Virus record (IMG/VR): IMGVR_UViG_3300028800_000001
Location: 1 to 64,000 of that record
DNA length: 64,000 nucleotides
Reading direction: 5' to 3' (one strand)
Each line of letters opens with the position of its first letter. The stretch's first letter is position 1. Below the pieces are notes generated by a model, which ran no database searches, was not told the DNA's origin, and saw only the letters and a list, made by a program, of their open reading frames with translations. Below, piece by piece: positions 26,593 to 36,048 of this stretch. A program made the translations under genes and the position numbers.

Positions 26593-26882
26593 TATTCTTT
26601 TCCTTGTTCTATTAAGCGGATGACCATGTAGGGCATCCAGAGGTGTTCAAAGCGCGCAAGGGTGCGCACCGCGTCATAAAATCGATACCAATAATCAGAG
26701 AGTTTTCGTTGTACAGGGAGCATAATCAGTATTCCATCGATGCTGCTATAGAGCTCAAAACGGTTATCGTTTTGCTTTCGCAATTCCCACTGGTGCGTGA
26801 GAAGATAGGTGCGCATTGTCTCCAGTGGAATTTTCCGTAGCTCACACTCAAGAAGTTCCCATTCCTCAGTATCAATGCGCAT
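26592..26882 (-). CDS. hypothetical protein, possible HicA-like fold
   Basis: YL..HQW...L.LP.....DY...F.DAV..LA pattern. Confidence 0.55.
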   Translation of the reverse strand: MRIDTEEWELLECELRKIPLETMRTYLLTHQWELRKQNDNRFELYSSIDGILIMLPVQRKLSDYWYRFYDAVRTLARFEHLWMPYMVIRLIEQGKE

Positions 26883-26896
26883 GTTCTTCCTCTTTT

Positions 26897-27424
26897 CTAA
26901 AATTCAGTAAACCAATCGACACTTCTCCAGCTTGGCAACTTCCAAAGATTTGTGTCCTCGTCCCAATAGGCATTCGTTTTGATAATGCGTGGCATGCGTC
27001 CAGTAAGTCGTACGTAGGGCGCAATAGCGTTACGCAGTGCTTGCGGCTCAGTTCCGTCGCATACAAAAACCACATAAGTATACAGTTCGTTCTGCGTTTT
27101 GTATAGGGCTGATTCTGGAATAAGAGTCTTTGTTTCATATGGCCCAAACGCCGTATACGGCTTGCCAAGAAGTGTTTTGAGCCCCACCCGAAGATTAACC
27201 AAATCCCACGTTTGCAGGACGAGAATCTCTTCTCCTGTGTCCTCCGGTGCCTGGAGTGCTTTAATGAAGCCATCAGAAAACGTCAGAATGTCATCGACCG
27301 GTTGACTCCCTTTAGAAGTGAAGGCCATAATCATATCAGTCATCGCCTTCGTGTTTTCAGGCCCGACCAAGCGTAATCTACGAATGCGTTCACCGTAAAC
27401 CTCGCCCATTTTATACCAATCCAT
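26897..27424 (-). CDS. hypothetical protein
   Basis: 175 aa. Confidence 0.7.
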   Translation of the reverse strand: MDWYKMGEVYGERIRRLRLVGPENTKAMTDMIMAFTSKGSQPVDDILTFSDGFIKALQAPEDTGEEILVLQTWDLVNLRVGLKTLLGKPYTAFGPYETKTLIPESALYKTQNELYTYVVFVCDGTEPQALRNAIAPYVRLTGRMPRIIKTNAYWDEDTNLWKLPSWRSVDWFTEF

Positions 27425-27427
27425 TGT

Positions 27428-27964
27428 TTAAAAATCCTTTGCAAAATGTTGCCCATTTGTGAGCAATCCTGGGATAAAAAGAAAGACGGTTGCGGGACCG
27501 TCACTATATTTGCGCGCTGCCTCAAGTGGCGAACTGGCACGCACTGCGTACCGCTTCTCTCCAACTTCTACCAGATAATTATATTGGCGTTTTCTTCCGC
27601 GCTTGCGGTGCAGAGTCAACTCCTCAGAAAGCTGTTGAAAGTCAACATACCATCCTTTACCAATACGGTAGGCACTGATGTTGCCGCGTCTACGATGATC
27701 ATGAAGTGCCTGTGGCGAAAGAGAAAGGGCTCTTGCCGCGTCCGTCAGGCGAATTTTATCGCCAATAGAGCGCACTCTCTTCTGCCCCTTCTCTTGTTGA
27801 TAGGTCTCAACCCACTGTGGGAGGACATACTTTTTGCGCAACCAGCGATACGGGGTAATCTCTTTTCTCCGCAGCCAGCGCGCAAAGGTGCTTGGTGCAA
27901 TGGCGTACTGCTCTTTTAATGCCGAAAAGGCGATTGCCTCTTTTGGCGGGTACCGTTGTTCCAT
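27428..27964 (-). CDS. multi-HTH (MerR/HTH_17-like) DNA-binding protein
   Basis: Two HTH-like repeats (STFARWLRRKEI; LTDAARALSLSPQAL..G.ISAYRIGKGWYV). Confidence 0.75.
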   Translation of the reverse strand: MEQRYPPKEAIAFSALKEQYAIAPSTFARWLRRKEITPYRWLRKKYVLPQWVETYQQEKGQKRVRSIGDKIRLTDAARALSLSPQALHDHRRRGNISAYRIGKGWYVDFQQLSEELTLHRKRGRKRQYNYLVEVGEKRYAVRASSPLEAARKYSDGPATVFLFIPGLLTNGQHFAKDF

Positions 27965-27975
27965 TTTTCTTTTTC

Positions 27976-28290
27976 CTACCAACCAATAGTAATCAGATAA
28001 TTTCCTTCAGGTACTTCGCCACGTCTGGCAAGTTCAGCCAGTAACGTACTCCAATGCGGCGAAGACTTCCATTTCTTGCCTTCAGCAAGAAAATCTTGTA
28101 TTTCCTGGTGCCCATAGGAGCCCTGCACAGCAACTTCTGACGCATGCACTGTATTGCTATGCTCGGTATCGTTACTCCATTCGTAGGCTGCAATTGAACA
28201 ATAATCAGGTTTGCCAAAGTGCGTTTGAATAAGGGTATCCAGTTCATCAGACGTGAGAAGATAGTAGCATTTCTGTTCTAGTTGTAGCAT
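27976..28290 (-). CDS. hypothetical phage protein
   Basis: 104 aa. Confidence 0.7.
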   Translation of the reverse strand: MLQLEQKCYYLLTSDELDTLIQTHFGKPDYCSIAAYEWSNDTEHSNTVHASEVAVQGSYGHQEIQDFLAEGKKWKSSPHWSTLLAELARRGEVPEGNYLITIGW

Positions 28291-28299
28291 GACAGACTC

Positions 28300-28512
28300 C
28301 TAGCGATAGACATAAAATCCAAGGACAATAATCGCAATACCGAGACTGGTGGCGATAGTCGGTTTTCGATAGACACGGTCAAACAACTCTTTATTCGAAG
28401 AACAATATTTTACGATGACCGGAACCATATACACGGTTGCATAGACGCACCAGAGTGCGCCAATAGCCAAAAGAAAGCTGCCAACGGTAAAACAAATTGC
28501 GCCAAAGACCAT
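28300..28512 (-). CDS. two-TM membrane protein
   Basis: Hydrophobic. Confidence 0.65.
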   Translation of the reverse strand: MVFGAICFTVGSFLLAIGALWCVYATVYMVPVIVKYCSSNKELFDRVYRKPTIATSLGIAIIVLGFYVYR

Positions 28513-28706
28513 TATTTTTTCTCCTCTCCTAGTTTTTTCAGTGCGGCCTCAGTGAAAAGCGCCGCAAAAGTATCCATCGCTTCTTCTAAGCGCTCACGAT
28601 TGTGATCATGAAACTGGACGACAATGGAAGGTGGGGAATCTTCGCGCAGAATAAATTTCCCCCACCACCAGCCGTTGCTTGACTGATGAATACGCTTTTC
28701 CACCAT
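28512..28706 (-). CDS. hypothetical protein
   Basis: RBS AAGGAG. Confidence 0.65.
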   Translation of the reverse strand: MVEKRIHQSSNGWWWGKFILREDSPPSIVVQFHDHNRERLEEAMDTFAALFTEAALKKLGEEKK

Positions 28707-28715
28707 CAGACTCCT

Positions 28716-29156
28716 TTACTTTTTCACCGAAAAGGTAATTAGTTTTTGTGAGGGAAGTAGCTTGCAATGATAAAGCATTGCTGCTTCCACCTCTTCGGTA
28801 TTCAAGAGAGTAATCGTCTCGCCATCAAGGTAGAGCGTGATGTTGTTTTCGAGCACGCGCAACAGTTCTGCGTTCATACGTGCGTAGCGCTCGTCATCAA
28901 ACATAATCTTGCAATGATACGCGTCAACATCTGAGAGCAGCCCTGGTATAATGCTGTGCTCTTCTTCAAAGATGCGTACCCGTTCGTAGCCATGATCGCT
29001 GAGCACGTATGGCTTTGCTTCAAGCGCCGCCAATTGCTCACCAATATCAAGCAAGTTTTCACGCACCAGCAGGGCTTCAACAAACCAGCGTGCCTGCGCG
29101 TAGAGATGATCGCCACGATCACGCACACCTGCAAAGCGGAAAAAGACTTTCTTCAT
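28716..29156 (-). CDS. hypothetical protein
   Basis: 146 aa. Confidence 0.7.
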   Translation of the reverse strand: MKKVFFRFAGVRDRGDHLYAQARWFVEALLVRENLLDIGEQLAALEAKPYVLSDHGYERVRIFEEEHSIIPGLLSDVDAYHCKIMFDDERYARMNAELLRVLENNITLYLDGETITLLNTEEVEAAMLYHCKLLPSQKLITFSVKK

Positions 29157-29165
29157 GTTTTCTCC

Positions 29166-29534
29166 TTAGTATTCGTAGAGTAAATTTGGGGCACCATGAT
29201 AATAAAGTGCCTCGTGGACGGCCTCAAGCGTTTCATAGTCGCAGCTTGTCCAATCCACCAGCGCGAGTGTCTCTGCGTAGCCGCGTTTAGAAAGAATCTC
29301 CAAAACGGCCTCTTCCGCATCTGCGTCTTCCCGAATTGGAAACTTTTTCAGTGCACGCGCCAAAATGCGCGTGAGTGCTGCTTTCGTTTCTTCGGGGGAA
29401 ACAGGAAAGTCCAACTTGTTTTTTGCGAAGGCAAAGATAGCATCAGGACTCTTGTCTGCGCCATCGTACTCCAGCATTTCGCTCAGTGTTTTACGAATCA
29501 TCGAATCGATATAGGTATCAAGTTTTTTGGTCAT
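29166..29534 (-). CDS. hypothetical protein
   Basis: 122 aa. Confidence 0.7.
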   Translation of the reverse strand: MTKKLDTYIDSMIRKTLSEMLEYDGADKSPDAIFAFAKNKLDFPVSPEETKAALTRILARALKKFPIREDADAEEAVLEILSKRGYAETLALVDWTSCDYETLEAVHEALYYHGAPNLLYEY

Positions 29535-29946
29535 CTAACCTCCCAATTATGTTATCGAGGTACTGCCGTTGATGGGCAAGGAACACTTCAGTTGAACGGA
29601 TCATTTCAAGCGTATCTTTATAGCGATCACGGTCATCTGGTGTAAGCTTGCGCAGATTTTCAAAAGCGTTAACATTGCTGATCATCTCAGTCAATGTGTT
29701 CACCCAACGATTGATGATCTGCCCAATGAGATCCAAATTGCGTTTCTCCAGGTGTTCAGCAACCGTTCGGTAGCTCTCAATTAAGTGCCAGTTTTCAATT
29801 TGTTCTGCCCAGATCACGTCAAGAGATTGCCATCCTTTTTTGGTAATAGGGACTTCTTGTTTGCAGAGCTCTTCAGCCGCGCCAAGGATCAGAAGCCGAT
29901 TTTCCAGGCGTTCTATCTCCTCATGCAAAAGCATTTGTAGGTACAT
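29518..29946 (-). CDS. helical hypothetical protein
   Basis: 142 aa, after promoter. Confidence 0.7.
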   Translation of the reverse strand: MYLQMLLHEEIERLENRLLILGAAEELCKQEVPITKKGWQSLDVIWAEQIENWHLIESYRTVAEHLEKRNLDLIGQIINRWVNTLTEMISNVNAFENLRKLTPDDRDRYKDTLEMIRSTEVFLAHQRQYLDNIIGRLDDQKT

Positions 29947-29957
29947 ACCTCTCTCCT

Positions 29958-30012
29958 AGTATAGCGTTTTTCTTCTCAAGAGTCAAAAATCTTCATGGTA
30001 TTTTCTGAAAAA
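29958..30012 (-). promoter_or_regulatory. promoter + box (20-nt spacing variant)
   Basis: TTGACT-17-TATACT; TATTTTCTGAAAA centre 30006. Confidence 0.75.
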
Positions 30013-30102
30013 TAAAGTGTGACCTGATCGTGACACAAGCAGCACAAAATGTGAGTTGCGCACCATATATCTCAGGTATACTTTGGTCAGAGGTAAGAGA
30101 AG

Positions 30103-30390
30103 ATGAAAAAAGAACCGTCCAAAACTGCGCGTATGCGCCTCTTCTCTTTGTTCCTTCTTGGCGTTGTTTTCTTCCTATGCACAGGACTGCCGAGCGTCTT
30201 CTACGCTAAGACGCATAGTGAAACGCTCTTGCAGTTTCTTGCAGAAGGAAATAACGCCACACAACTCCTGGCGTATCTGCTCAGCGTTGGTGTGACCATT
30301 GTCTTTTTCCTTCTTGCCGCATTTCTTACCTCATTCTTACGTGTTGAACAGCCTCACAATCTGGATGATGATATCTTCGAGCCATCATGA
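30103..30390 (+). CDS. two-TM membrane protein (divergent)
   Basis: RBS GAGG, hydrophobic. Confidence 0.7.
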   Translation: MKKEPSKTARMRLFSLFLLGVVFFLCTGLPSVFYAKTHSETLLQFLAEGNNATQLLAYLLSVGVTIVFFLLAAFLTSFLRVEQPHNLDDDIFEPS

Positions 30391-30855
30391 GCGGGTATAG
30401 GTGCTCTCAAAGATGTCGTACTCAATGACGCGCATATCCAGCTCTTTGCCTTGTTTGCCATTCCAGGTGATAAAACCTCTCTCCTTACAAAGCCAGATCC
30501 CTTTTTCTCCGATAAGTCCAAACCGATGAGGAATGGCGAAACAGAGGACAGGATTGGGGCGCACCATATAATGCAGTTGATACCCCTGCGCATCTGGCTC
30601 TCCGACTGCGTAGCGATCACGTTCTACTGAGGCAAGCGAAGATGACCAGCGCTCTCCGTTTACACCCCTACAGATACAGCGGCCAATGACAACCTGATGT
30701 TCTCTGCCCTCCAAATCAAAGAATGAGGTCTCATCAACGCTGTCCACATCTTCTTGTGTAAGTAACTTCTTAATCCAGGTGCCACTTGTCTTAGTAGCAT
30801 AGAAGCGTTCATAGCTGCCCTCTAGTACGTCTTTTGGTTGAAGCATGTGGATCAT
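30385..30855 (-). CDS. hypothetical protein
   Basis: 156 aa. Confidence 0.7.
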   Translation of the reverse strand: MIHMLQPKDVLEGSYERFYATKTSGTWIKKLLTQEDVDSVDETSFFDLEGREHQVVIGRCICRGVNGERWSSSLASVERDRYAVGEPDAQGYQLHYMVRPNPVLCFAIPHRFGLIGEKGIWLCKERGFITWNGKQGKELDMRVIEYDIFESTYTRS

Positions 30856-30927
30856 CGTTGTACCAGCGCTTTCAGGCGTTGTCGAAATGCTGGATGATAC
30901 TGTTGTGTTGGAAGTTTTGCCATTGTA

Positions 30928-31323
30928 TTATCTCCAGTCTTGTTTTGCTTGAACAGTAAAATTGAATTCCTCGCCACAATCTGCGCATTCAAAGAAGTAT
31001 TCTTCGGCCTCACTTTTTATAAAGTGCAAAGAGTGCTCTCCAAAGGTGATTTCGCTTGCTGACACCAAGAAGTGCATCACTGAAGAGATTCTCCCCTCAG
31101 ATTCGCGGTCAAACATGATCTGGCAAACGCCTGGATCGCTGTGATATTTTCCCGCCTCTTGTTCGTAGGCGCGAATGACTTCGTACTCTTCTGCGTTGAG
31201 ACGATAGATATGATATGTATCCACCTGATCCAGATGTAAGCGGTTGCGTAAAAAATCTTCTGCTTTTTCACGATAGGTGCTATTTTGTACGCGGTCAAAA
31301 TGAAAAATGATATGATGTTCCAT
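30928..31323 (-). CDS. hypothetical protein with C-terminal Zn ribbon
   Basis: FECADCGEEF. Confidence 0.7.
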   Translation of the reverse strand: MEHHIIFHFDRVQNSTYREKAEDFLRNRLHLDQVDTYHIYRLNAEEYEVIRAYEQEAGKYHSDPGVCQIMFDRESEGRISSVMHFLVSASEITFGEHSLHFIKSEAEEYFFECADCGEEFNFTVQAKQDWR

Positions 31324-31334
31324 AAAAATCCTTA

Positions 31335-31544
31335 TTAAAGAGGTTCTTCAGCAGCAGTGGTTTCGCCTTCCGGTTTGCGCCAATGATGCTTTACCCAATG
31401 ACCATTATACTTGAGCATACTGATATTAAACTCCAATTTTGCAGCAACATGCTTTTTGCTATACGGCCCCTCTGGCGGAAAAAGTGTGCCATCACGATGT
31501 CGTTGGTAGAGATACCAACCTTTTCAGGGGAAGATTCTCTTCAC
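31335..31544 (-). pseudogene. 69-codon gene interrupted by in-frame TGA at codon 7
   Basis: RBS GGAG, GTG-KRIFP*KGWYLYQRHRDG...EEPL-TAA; fills the inter-gene gap exactly. Confidence 0.55.
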
Positions 31545-31545
31545 T

Positions 31546-31842
31546 TTAATCTCCAATATCGCGAAGGAGGCGTTTGAACCGATCACCAAGTGTGAGATTG
31601 GCCTCGATCTTTGCGAGAATTACCTGATCAAACTCTTCGGTATCAATACCATCCAAAACACAACTTCCACCGTCTGCTTGCTGAAAAGCGATACTGTACG
31701 TTGCGTTGGATTCGAAGAGTATATGCTCCAGATAGCCACAGTAAAGCGCGCCTTTGCATTGAAAGGTGAAGAGTTGAGCACGTAGATGTGGCGTTGTGCT
31801 CAGCATGTAATTGATTTTTTGAGCGTGTAAATCGCGTCGCAT
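31546..31842 (-). CDS. hypothetical protein
   Basis: 98 aa. Confidence 0.65.
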   Translation of the reverse strand: MRRDLHAQKINYMLSTTPHLRAQLFTFQCKGALYCGYLEHILFESNATYSIAFQQADGGSCVLDGIDTEEFDQVILAKIEANLTLGDRFKRLLRDIGD

Positions 31843-31843
31843 A

Positions 31844-32179
31844 CTACAATCCCTGCCTTTTGCGCTCGACATTTTCGCATTTTTCATAAAAATCTTCAGC
31901 AAAAACGCGAAGATAGGTTGTTTTAGAAACAATCCTGGTCACGGGTGTTTTGCTTTTAACATCGAAGAGCGACAGCTCCACTTGCTCATTTTCAAGTGGA
32001 GTTACGACGCAAAGTTGATAATAGCGCTCTTTGTAACACACTTCTTCGGTAAAATCGAGTGGGTTTTCCTTTGGCTCAGGTTCCTGGTCGCGAAGCCAAA
32101 ACGTAAAACTTTGACATCCATACTCATTTGCTTTGAGCATACGATTTGTTTCTGACATATTGAATGTTGATCGATACAT
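31844..32179 (-). CDS. hypothetical protein, paralog of 32510-32764
   Basis: N..GCQ.F, YQL, QV(E/D)L.L. Confidence 0.7.
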   Translation of the reverse strand: MYRSTFNMSETNRMLKANEYGCQSFTFWLRDQEPEPKENPLDFTEEVCYKERYYQLCVVTPLENEQVELSLFDVKSKTPVTRIVSKTTYLRVFAEDFYEKCENVERKRQGL

Positions 32180-32193
32180 AGCAATTTCCTTTC

Positions 32194-32412
32194 TTATCGT
32201 TCAAAATGCGCTAGCAGCGCATAGCCATAACTACCTTCGTTTGCCACAGGAAGCTCTCGTGAGAAGATGATCCTCGAAGCCTCGCCTGCGTGTAGCAGCG
32301 TGTGCATCAAGTATCTCTCTGCAAGTTCCTTACTTTCGTGATGTGCATGGTAGATATTAATTTCTTTTGTGCCGGAGAGCTCTCGCTCCACCAGAATGAG
32401 AAAATATTTCAT
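32194..32412 (-). CDS. small beta-rich family protein
   Basis: MKYFLILVE...HESKELA. Confidence 0.7.
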   Translation of the reverse strand: MKYFLILVERELSGTKEINIYHAHHESKELAERYLMHTLLHAGEASRIIFSRELPVANEGSYGYALLAHFER

Positions 32413-32451
32413 TGTTTTTCTCGCTTTCGCATAAAAAATGGGATATACCGA

Positions 32452-32506
32452 AGTATACCCCGCATCTTGTCTTTTATCAATACTTTCTTCTTTGTATTTT
32501 CAGAAG
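32452..32506 (-). promoter_or_regulatory. class I promoter + box
   Basis: TTGATA-17-TATACT; centre 32502 (22 nt). Confidence 0.8.
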
Positions 32507-32509
32507 AGA

Positions 32510-32764
32510 TTAACGTGCTCGGCTGTACTGTGCTTGAAACTCTTGTTCGAACACGGCACTGTAGACTTCCTGTGGAACGGTTACAACTGCGACGCGCATC
32601 GAAAGTTCTGTTAAGACAAGGTCAACCTGTCCATCGGCACCCGTGGTTGCGGAACGCAGTTGATAGAGAGAATTTCCAAGGCGATACGCAAATTTTTGAC
32701 ATCCACGGTCATTGTTTTCTATCAATACAGTGATCTCTTCTGGCGTTCGAATAACTCTGGTCAT
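32510..32764 (-). CDS. hypothetical protein, single-gene unit between two class I promoters
   Basis: RBS AAGGAG before MTRVIR. Confidence 0.7.
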   Translation of the reverse strand: MTRVIRTPEEITVLIENNDRGCQKFAYRLGNSLYQLRSATTGADGQVDLVLTELSMRVAVVTVPQEVYSAVFEQEFQAQYSRAR

Positions 32765-32809
32765 CTTTTTTCTCCTTGAATTTTGTTTTCGTTTATTTCT
32801 TATACAGGA

Positions 32810-32864
32810 ATGATACCTCATTTGGAAGAAAGCGTCAAGCGTTTTCGCTGTGTATTTTCAGAAA
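32810..32864 (-). promoter_or_regulatory. class I promoter + box
   Basis: TTGACG-17-TATCAT; centre 32860 (22 nt). Confidence 0.8.
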
Positions 32865-33274
32865 TCAAGTGTACTTTCAATACTGGTTAAATCAATAATG
32901 CGTTGTGTCAAATGGTCTTGCGTTTGTTCAAGAGTGCGCAGTAAGATAGTGCGATGCGGCTGCTCAGGAAGATCACGCATGGTTTCCATCACTTCGCGCA
33001 GTTCTTTTTCCAGAGCTTCTCGTTGCAATTGTACGCCACACAGGATATCGCCTTTGGCGCGCCCATAATAGAGTACACTCTTTGGCTCTCTTGAGGTGGT
33101 AAACGACTCCAGTTCAACGCCTAGCACCTGCTCGTAGCCCCTGAGCACTTTCTCCGAAGGCGTTTCTTTGCCGTTCTCGATACCAGAAAGATAGCCTTTG
33201 GTAAATCCTATGCGCCGCGCCATCTCGGTGAGGGAAATCTTTGCGGCTAGCCGCGCTGCACGTAAGTCAATCAT
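32858..33274 (-). CDS. XRE-family HTH regulator
   Basis: LRAARLAAKISLTEMARRIGFTKGYLSGIENGK; TGA stop inside the box. Confidence 0.9.
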   Translation of the reverse strand: MIDLRAARLAAKISLTEMARRIGFTKGYLSGIENGKETPSEKVLRGYEQVLGVELESFTTSREPKSVLYYGRAKGDILCGVQLQREALEKELREVMETMRDLPEQPHRTILLRTLEQTQDHLTQRIIDLTSIESTLDF

Positions 33275-33645
33275 AGCAAACTGTCCTCTACAATGAGCAG
33301 GTTACTAATACGTAGCTCCAGCGCTCTGCGCTCGGCAGCAACCGCTTCTTCTGCTGTCAGCACACCATCAAGCTTTACCTCTAGCCGCTCACGGTAAACC
33401 GTAATAGCTGCAAGCATATCTTTGCGTGTTTGCAGATCATAGAAAGGAACGGTTTCTTTGGGAGCCGGAAGCGTTGCTTCGAGAATGATCTCGTACTGCC
33501 GGACAACTTTCTCCGTTACCGGTTTGTGCCCGTTCTCAATACCAGAAAGATGTCCTTTGGAGACACCCATACGTTTTGCCATCTCGCTCAGAGAAACATT
33601 CTTTGCCAAGCGCGCCTCACGTAGACTGCTCTTTGTTTCTTTCAT
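33271..33645 (-). CDS. XRE-family HTH regulator (tandem paralog)
   Basis: LREARLAKNVSLSEMAKRMGVSKGHLSGIENGH. Confidence 0.9.
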   Translation of the reverse strand: MKETKSSLREARLAKNVSLSEMAKRMGVSKGHLSGIENGHKPVTEKVVRQYEIILEATLPAPKETVPFYDLQTRKDMLAAITVYRERLEVKLDGVLTAEEAVAAERRALELRISNLLIVEDSLL

Positions 33646-33658
33646 CTTTTTCTCAATG

Positions 33659-33714
33659 GAATTAATTATTTTTTATTTGTCTCTCAGAAAAAGAAAATAA
33701 AAAATAATTAATTC
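33659..33714. repeat. perfect 20-bp AT-rich inverted repeat upstream of the XRE pair
   Basis: GAATTAATTATTTTTTATTT / AAATAAAAAATAATTAATTC, 16-nt loop. Confidence 0.85.
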
Positions 33715-33722
33715 TCCTCTCG

Positions 33723-34010
33723 TTACCTCTTGTAGTGCCGCTCATATGCGGCCTCGATTGTTTCAAGTGTCTCGATATCTTCGAGCCCCATGAGAAGTGC
33801 TGCTTCATCCTTTGGAAAGATGGCAACTTCCCAGTCGTAACTCCAGTCTGAGTTGTCGCGAAGCGTTTCGAAAAGACTTTCCCAGACATCTTCCGATGCA
33901 CTCAAAAAGCGCAGCTTTGCATGTTCGTAGATGAGACACATACCTGCACTGATGTTCTTGCGATCAATGAGATCGTTTTCGAAAAAATCGCGCACCGTAA
34001 AGAGCCGCAT
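33723..34010 (-). CDS. hypothetical protein
   Basis: 95 aa. Confidence 0.7.
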   Translation of the reverse strand: MRLFTVRDFFENDLIDRKNISAGMCLIYEHAKLRFLSASEDVWESLFETLRDNSDWSYDWEVAIFPKDEAALLMGLEDIETLETIEAAYERHYKR

Positions 34011-34267
34011 TACGCTTTTTCTCCCTTGAGATGAGCAAGTGTTGCCTTGAGATGAACAAGGGCACTGGCAAGGACATTACGCTCTGCATAGAGGGGAGCC
34101 AACTGCGCATCGACTCCTTTTGCCCAGGCTTCCGCTGTCCAGGCGCTCTGATTAAAGCGTGAACGTTCCGCACTCGCCAAGAGAAGCATCGTGCCATCCA
34201 GATCTGCCTGTACTTGTGCGCTCTCGCGTTCTAAAAATGCGATACAAATTTCTTTTTCTTCCATCAT
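34010..34267 (-). CDS. coiled-coil hypothetical protein
   Basis: 85 aa. Confidence 0.65.
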   Translation of the reverse strand: MMEEKEICIAFLERESAQVQADLDGTMLLLASAERSRFNQSAWTAEAWAKGVDAQLAPLYAERNVLASALVHLKATLAHLKGEKA

Positions 34268-34277
34268 TTTTCTCCTT

Positions 34278-34766
34278 TTATTCTAACTCTACAAGAATCG
34301 TATGTTGATGTTTTTCTTCAAACGCTTCAGCTCGCGATTCAGTTGTTGGTATACCTTGCACGTGATCTAGGTAGTGACGTAGTTCATGCAGAAGCACTCG
34401 ATTAAGATACCTGCTCACGCGTTTACGTTCTTTTGTCTGAACAAGTGGCATCGGCTGGCGATAAAAACCACCCATGCGCAGCAGCGAAAACAGGAAGAGT
34501 AGCAACCAATGTGGCATGGTATGCGCTGCCTGAAATCGCTTCCAATAATAGTCTTCTATAATCCAGTTGGTATAGAGAGAAATGTGTTTCTTATAGTGTT
34601 CGCCATCAGGAAGCCGTAAGACGTTCCAGAAATGTTCATTATGGTGTGTGACCGTGATTGAGAGAGCAATTTCCGTATCTTTCTCGCTATGCGCTCGTAA
34701 AAACGTTTCTATGCGGTTCTGATGAAACAGTATAGGATAACTCTGATCCTCTACATGGATGTTCAT
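34278..34766 (-). CDS. putative zincin metallopeptidase
   Basis: VLLHELRHYLDH...E (HExxH). Confidence 0.65.
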   Translation of the reverse strand: MNIHVEDQSYPILFHQNRIETFLRAHSEKDTEIALSITVTHHNEHFWNVLRLPDGEHYKKHISLYTNWIIEDYYWKRFQAAHTMPHWLLLFLFSLLRMGGFYRQPMPLVQTKERKRVSRYLNRVLLHELRHYLDHVQGIPTTESRAEAFEEKHQHTILVELE

Positions 34767-35620
34767 GCGTCAGTCATTGTGAGCACAAGATGCTCTTGCG
34801 AGAGGTCGCCAACAAATTTACTGGTGACGCCTTCAACGATATAATCATGTGCGGGTGTCGGATAGTGCCAATCCCAATGATCCTGGCAAAGCGCAAACGG
34901 GACAAAGAGGTCGTTTTCATCGCGTATCCAGATCACGGCCTCATTTTGACAGCGCCCCTCTTCGTCGGCAGGAGCGTGTCCACCATCATGTTCTGAAATG
35001 TGCAGCATACAGCGCTCATCAAACACCTCTAGTTCCGAAGGTTCTATTTCCACGTTTGGAAGCATGTAGCTGTACCAAAAGCCATCAATAGTATTATCGG
35101 AAAACCAATAGTAAGAGGTGAACACCCCTTGTGTATTGATGCCGTAGCATTGGCTTACTTCATAGCGGTCACTGATCTTGCCAAGAGTACGCTTCGCGAA
35201 ATCTCGCACAATGCCGAGCGTCTCAGGTGAGCGTGCCATAGTTTCGCGCCAACGATTTTCAACAAGAGGTCTCAAACCCTCTTGCGGCCAAACGGAACGC
35301 CGTGGAATAACAACCTCTTCGGCAACATCATCAAGCGTAGAGTCAGGGTGCAAGAGCATTTGCTCAATGCAGTCTTCCAGACCGTAACCAACAATCTTCC
35401 ATTTCGTAGACTGTGGGTAGTACTTGACAAAGAGTTCAGAAAGCTCGCTATCCGTTGCCGTGAGTTCTCGCTCAAGATATTCAACAAAGAAGTTGTCTAC
35501 ACTCTCCACATGAATAATGCGCGAGTCCTCGTCGTAGATCACGATCAGTGCGCCTTCCTCGTGATCATCAGGAACGATTTTGTGTGAAAGCAGTTCGTCT
35601 GCGGTAAAGCTAAGTATCAT
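34763..35620 (-). CDS. acidic hypothetical protein
   Basis: 285 aa. Confidence 0.75.
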   Translation of the reverse strand: MILSFTADELLSHKIVPDDHEEGALIVIYDEDSRIIHVESVDNFFVEYLERELTATDSELSELFVKYYPQSTKWKIVGYGLEDCIEQMLLHPDSTLDDVAEEVVIPRRSVWPQEGLRPLVENRWRETMARSPETLGIVRDFAKRTLGKISDRYEVSQCYGINTQGVFTSYYWFSDNTIDGFWYSYMLPNVEIEPSELEVFDERCMLHISEHDGGHAPADEEGRCQNEAVIWIRDENDLFVPFALCQDHWDWHYPTPAHDYIVEGVTSKFVGDLSQEHLVLTMTDA

Positions 35621-35903
35621 GTTCTTTCTCCTCAAGTAGATCGTTCACGTACATTGCACGAAAGTCTTTGCCAATCAAAGCTTCAAACCGTTCTGGCTCA
35701 AACTCTTTGATGTAGATATTATGTGTGCCGCAGTCCTCGACGGCTACACAAACGGTACCATTATGAAGGCTTGTCACATGTCGCAAAAAGAATGCGCTCT
35801 GTGTTTTCTCGCCATCTTTCCCGCGCACTGGCAGGAGGAATTTATGCGATTGTTTGAATCGCTCGCTGGTTTTCAGTATTTCGCTCATTTCCTCAGTGTC
35901 CAC
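35610..35903 (-). CDS. hypothetical protein
   Basis: RBS GAAAGG, GTG start. Confidence 0.65.
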   Translation of the reverse strand: MDTEEMSEILKTSERFKQSHKFLLPVRGKDGEKTQSAFFLRHVTSLHNGTVCVAVEDCGTHNIYIKEFEPERFEALIGKDFRAMYVNDLLEEKEHDT

Positions 35904-35983
35904 GGTTTTCCTTTCTTTCTTGTAGCATACCTGGATGTGCGAGCGCTGAAAAGTCAAAACTCGCACAAATTACCCAGTGTTGT

Positions 35984-36046
35984 AAAAAATGGAGCTATAC
36001 TTAGAAATAGCTCCATCAAACGCTTTCTTCAATGTATTTTCAGAAG
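35984..36046 (-). terminator. terminator hairpin occupying a degenerate class I promoter (box retained)
   Basis: ATGGAGCTAT/ATAGCTCCAT + T6; TATTTTCAGAA centre 36042. Confidence 0.65.
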
Positions 36047-36048
36047 AG

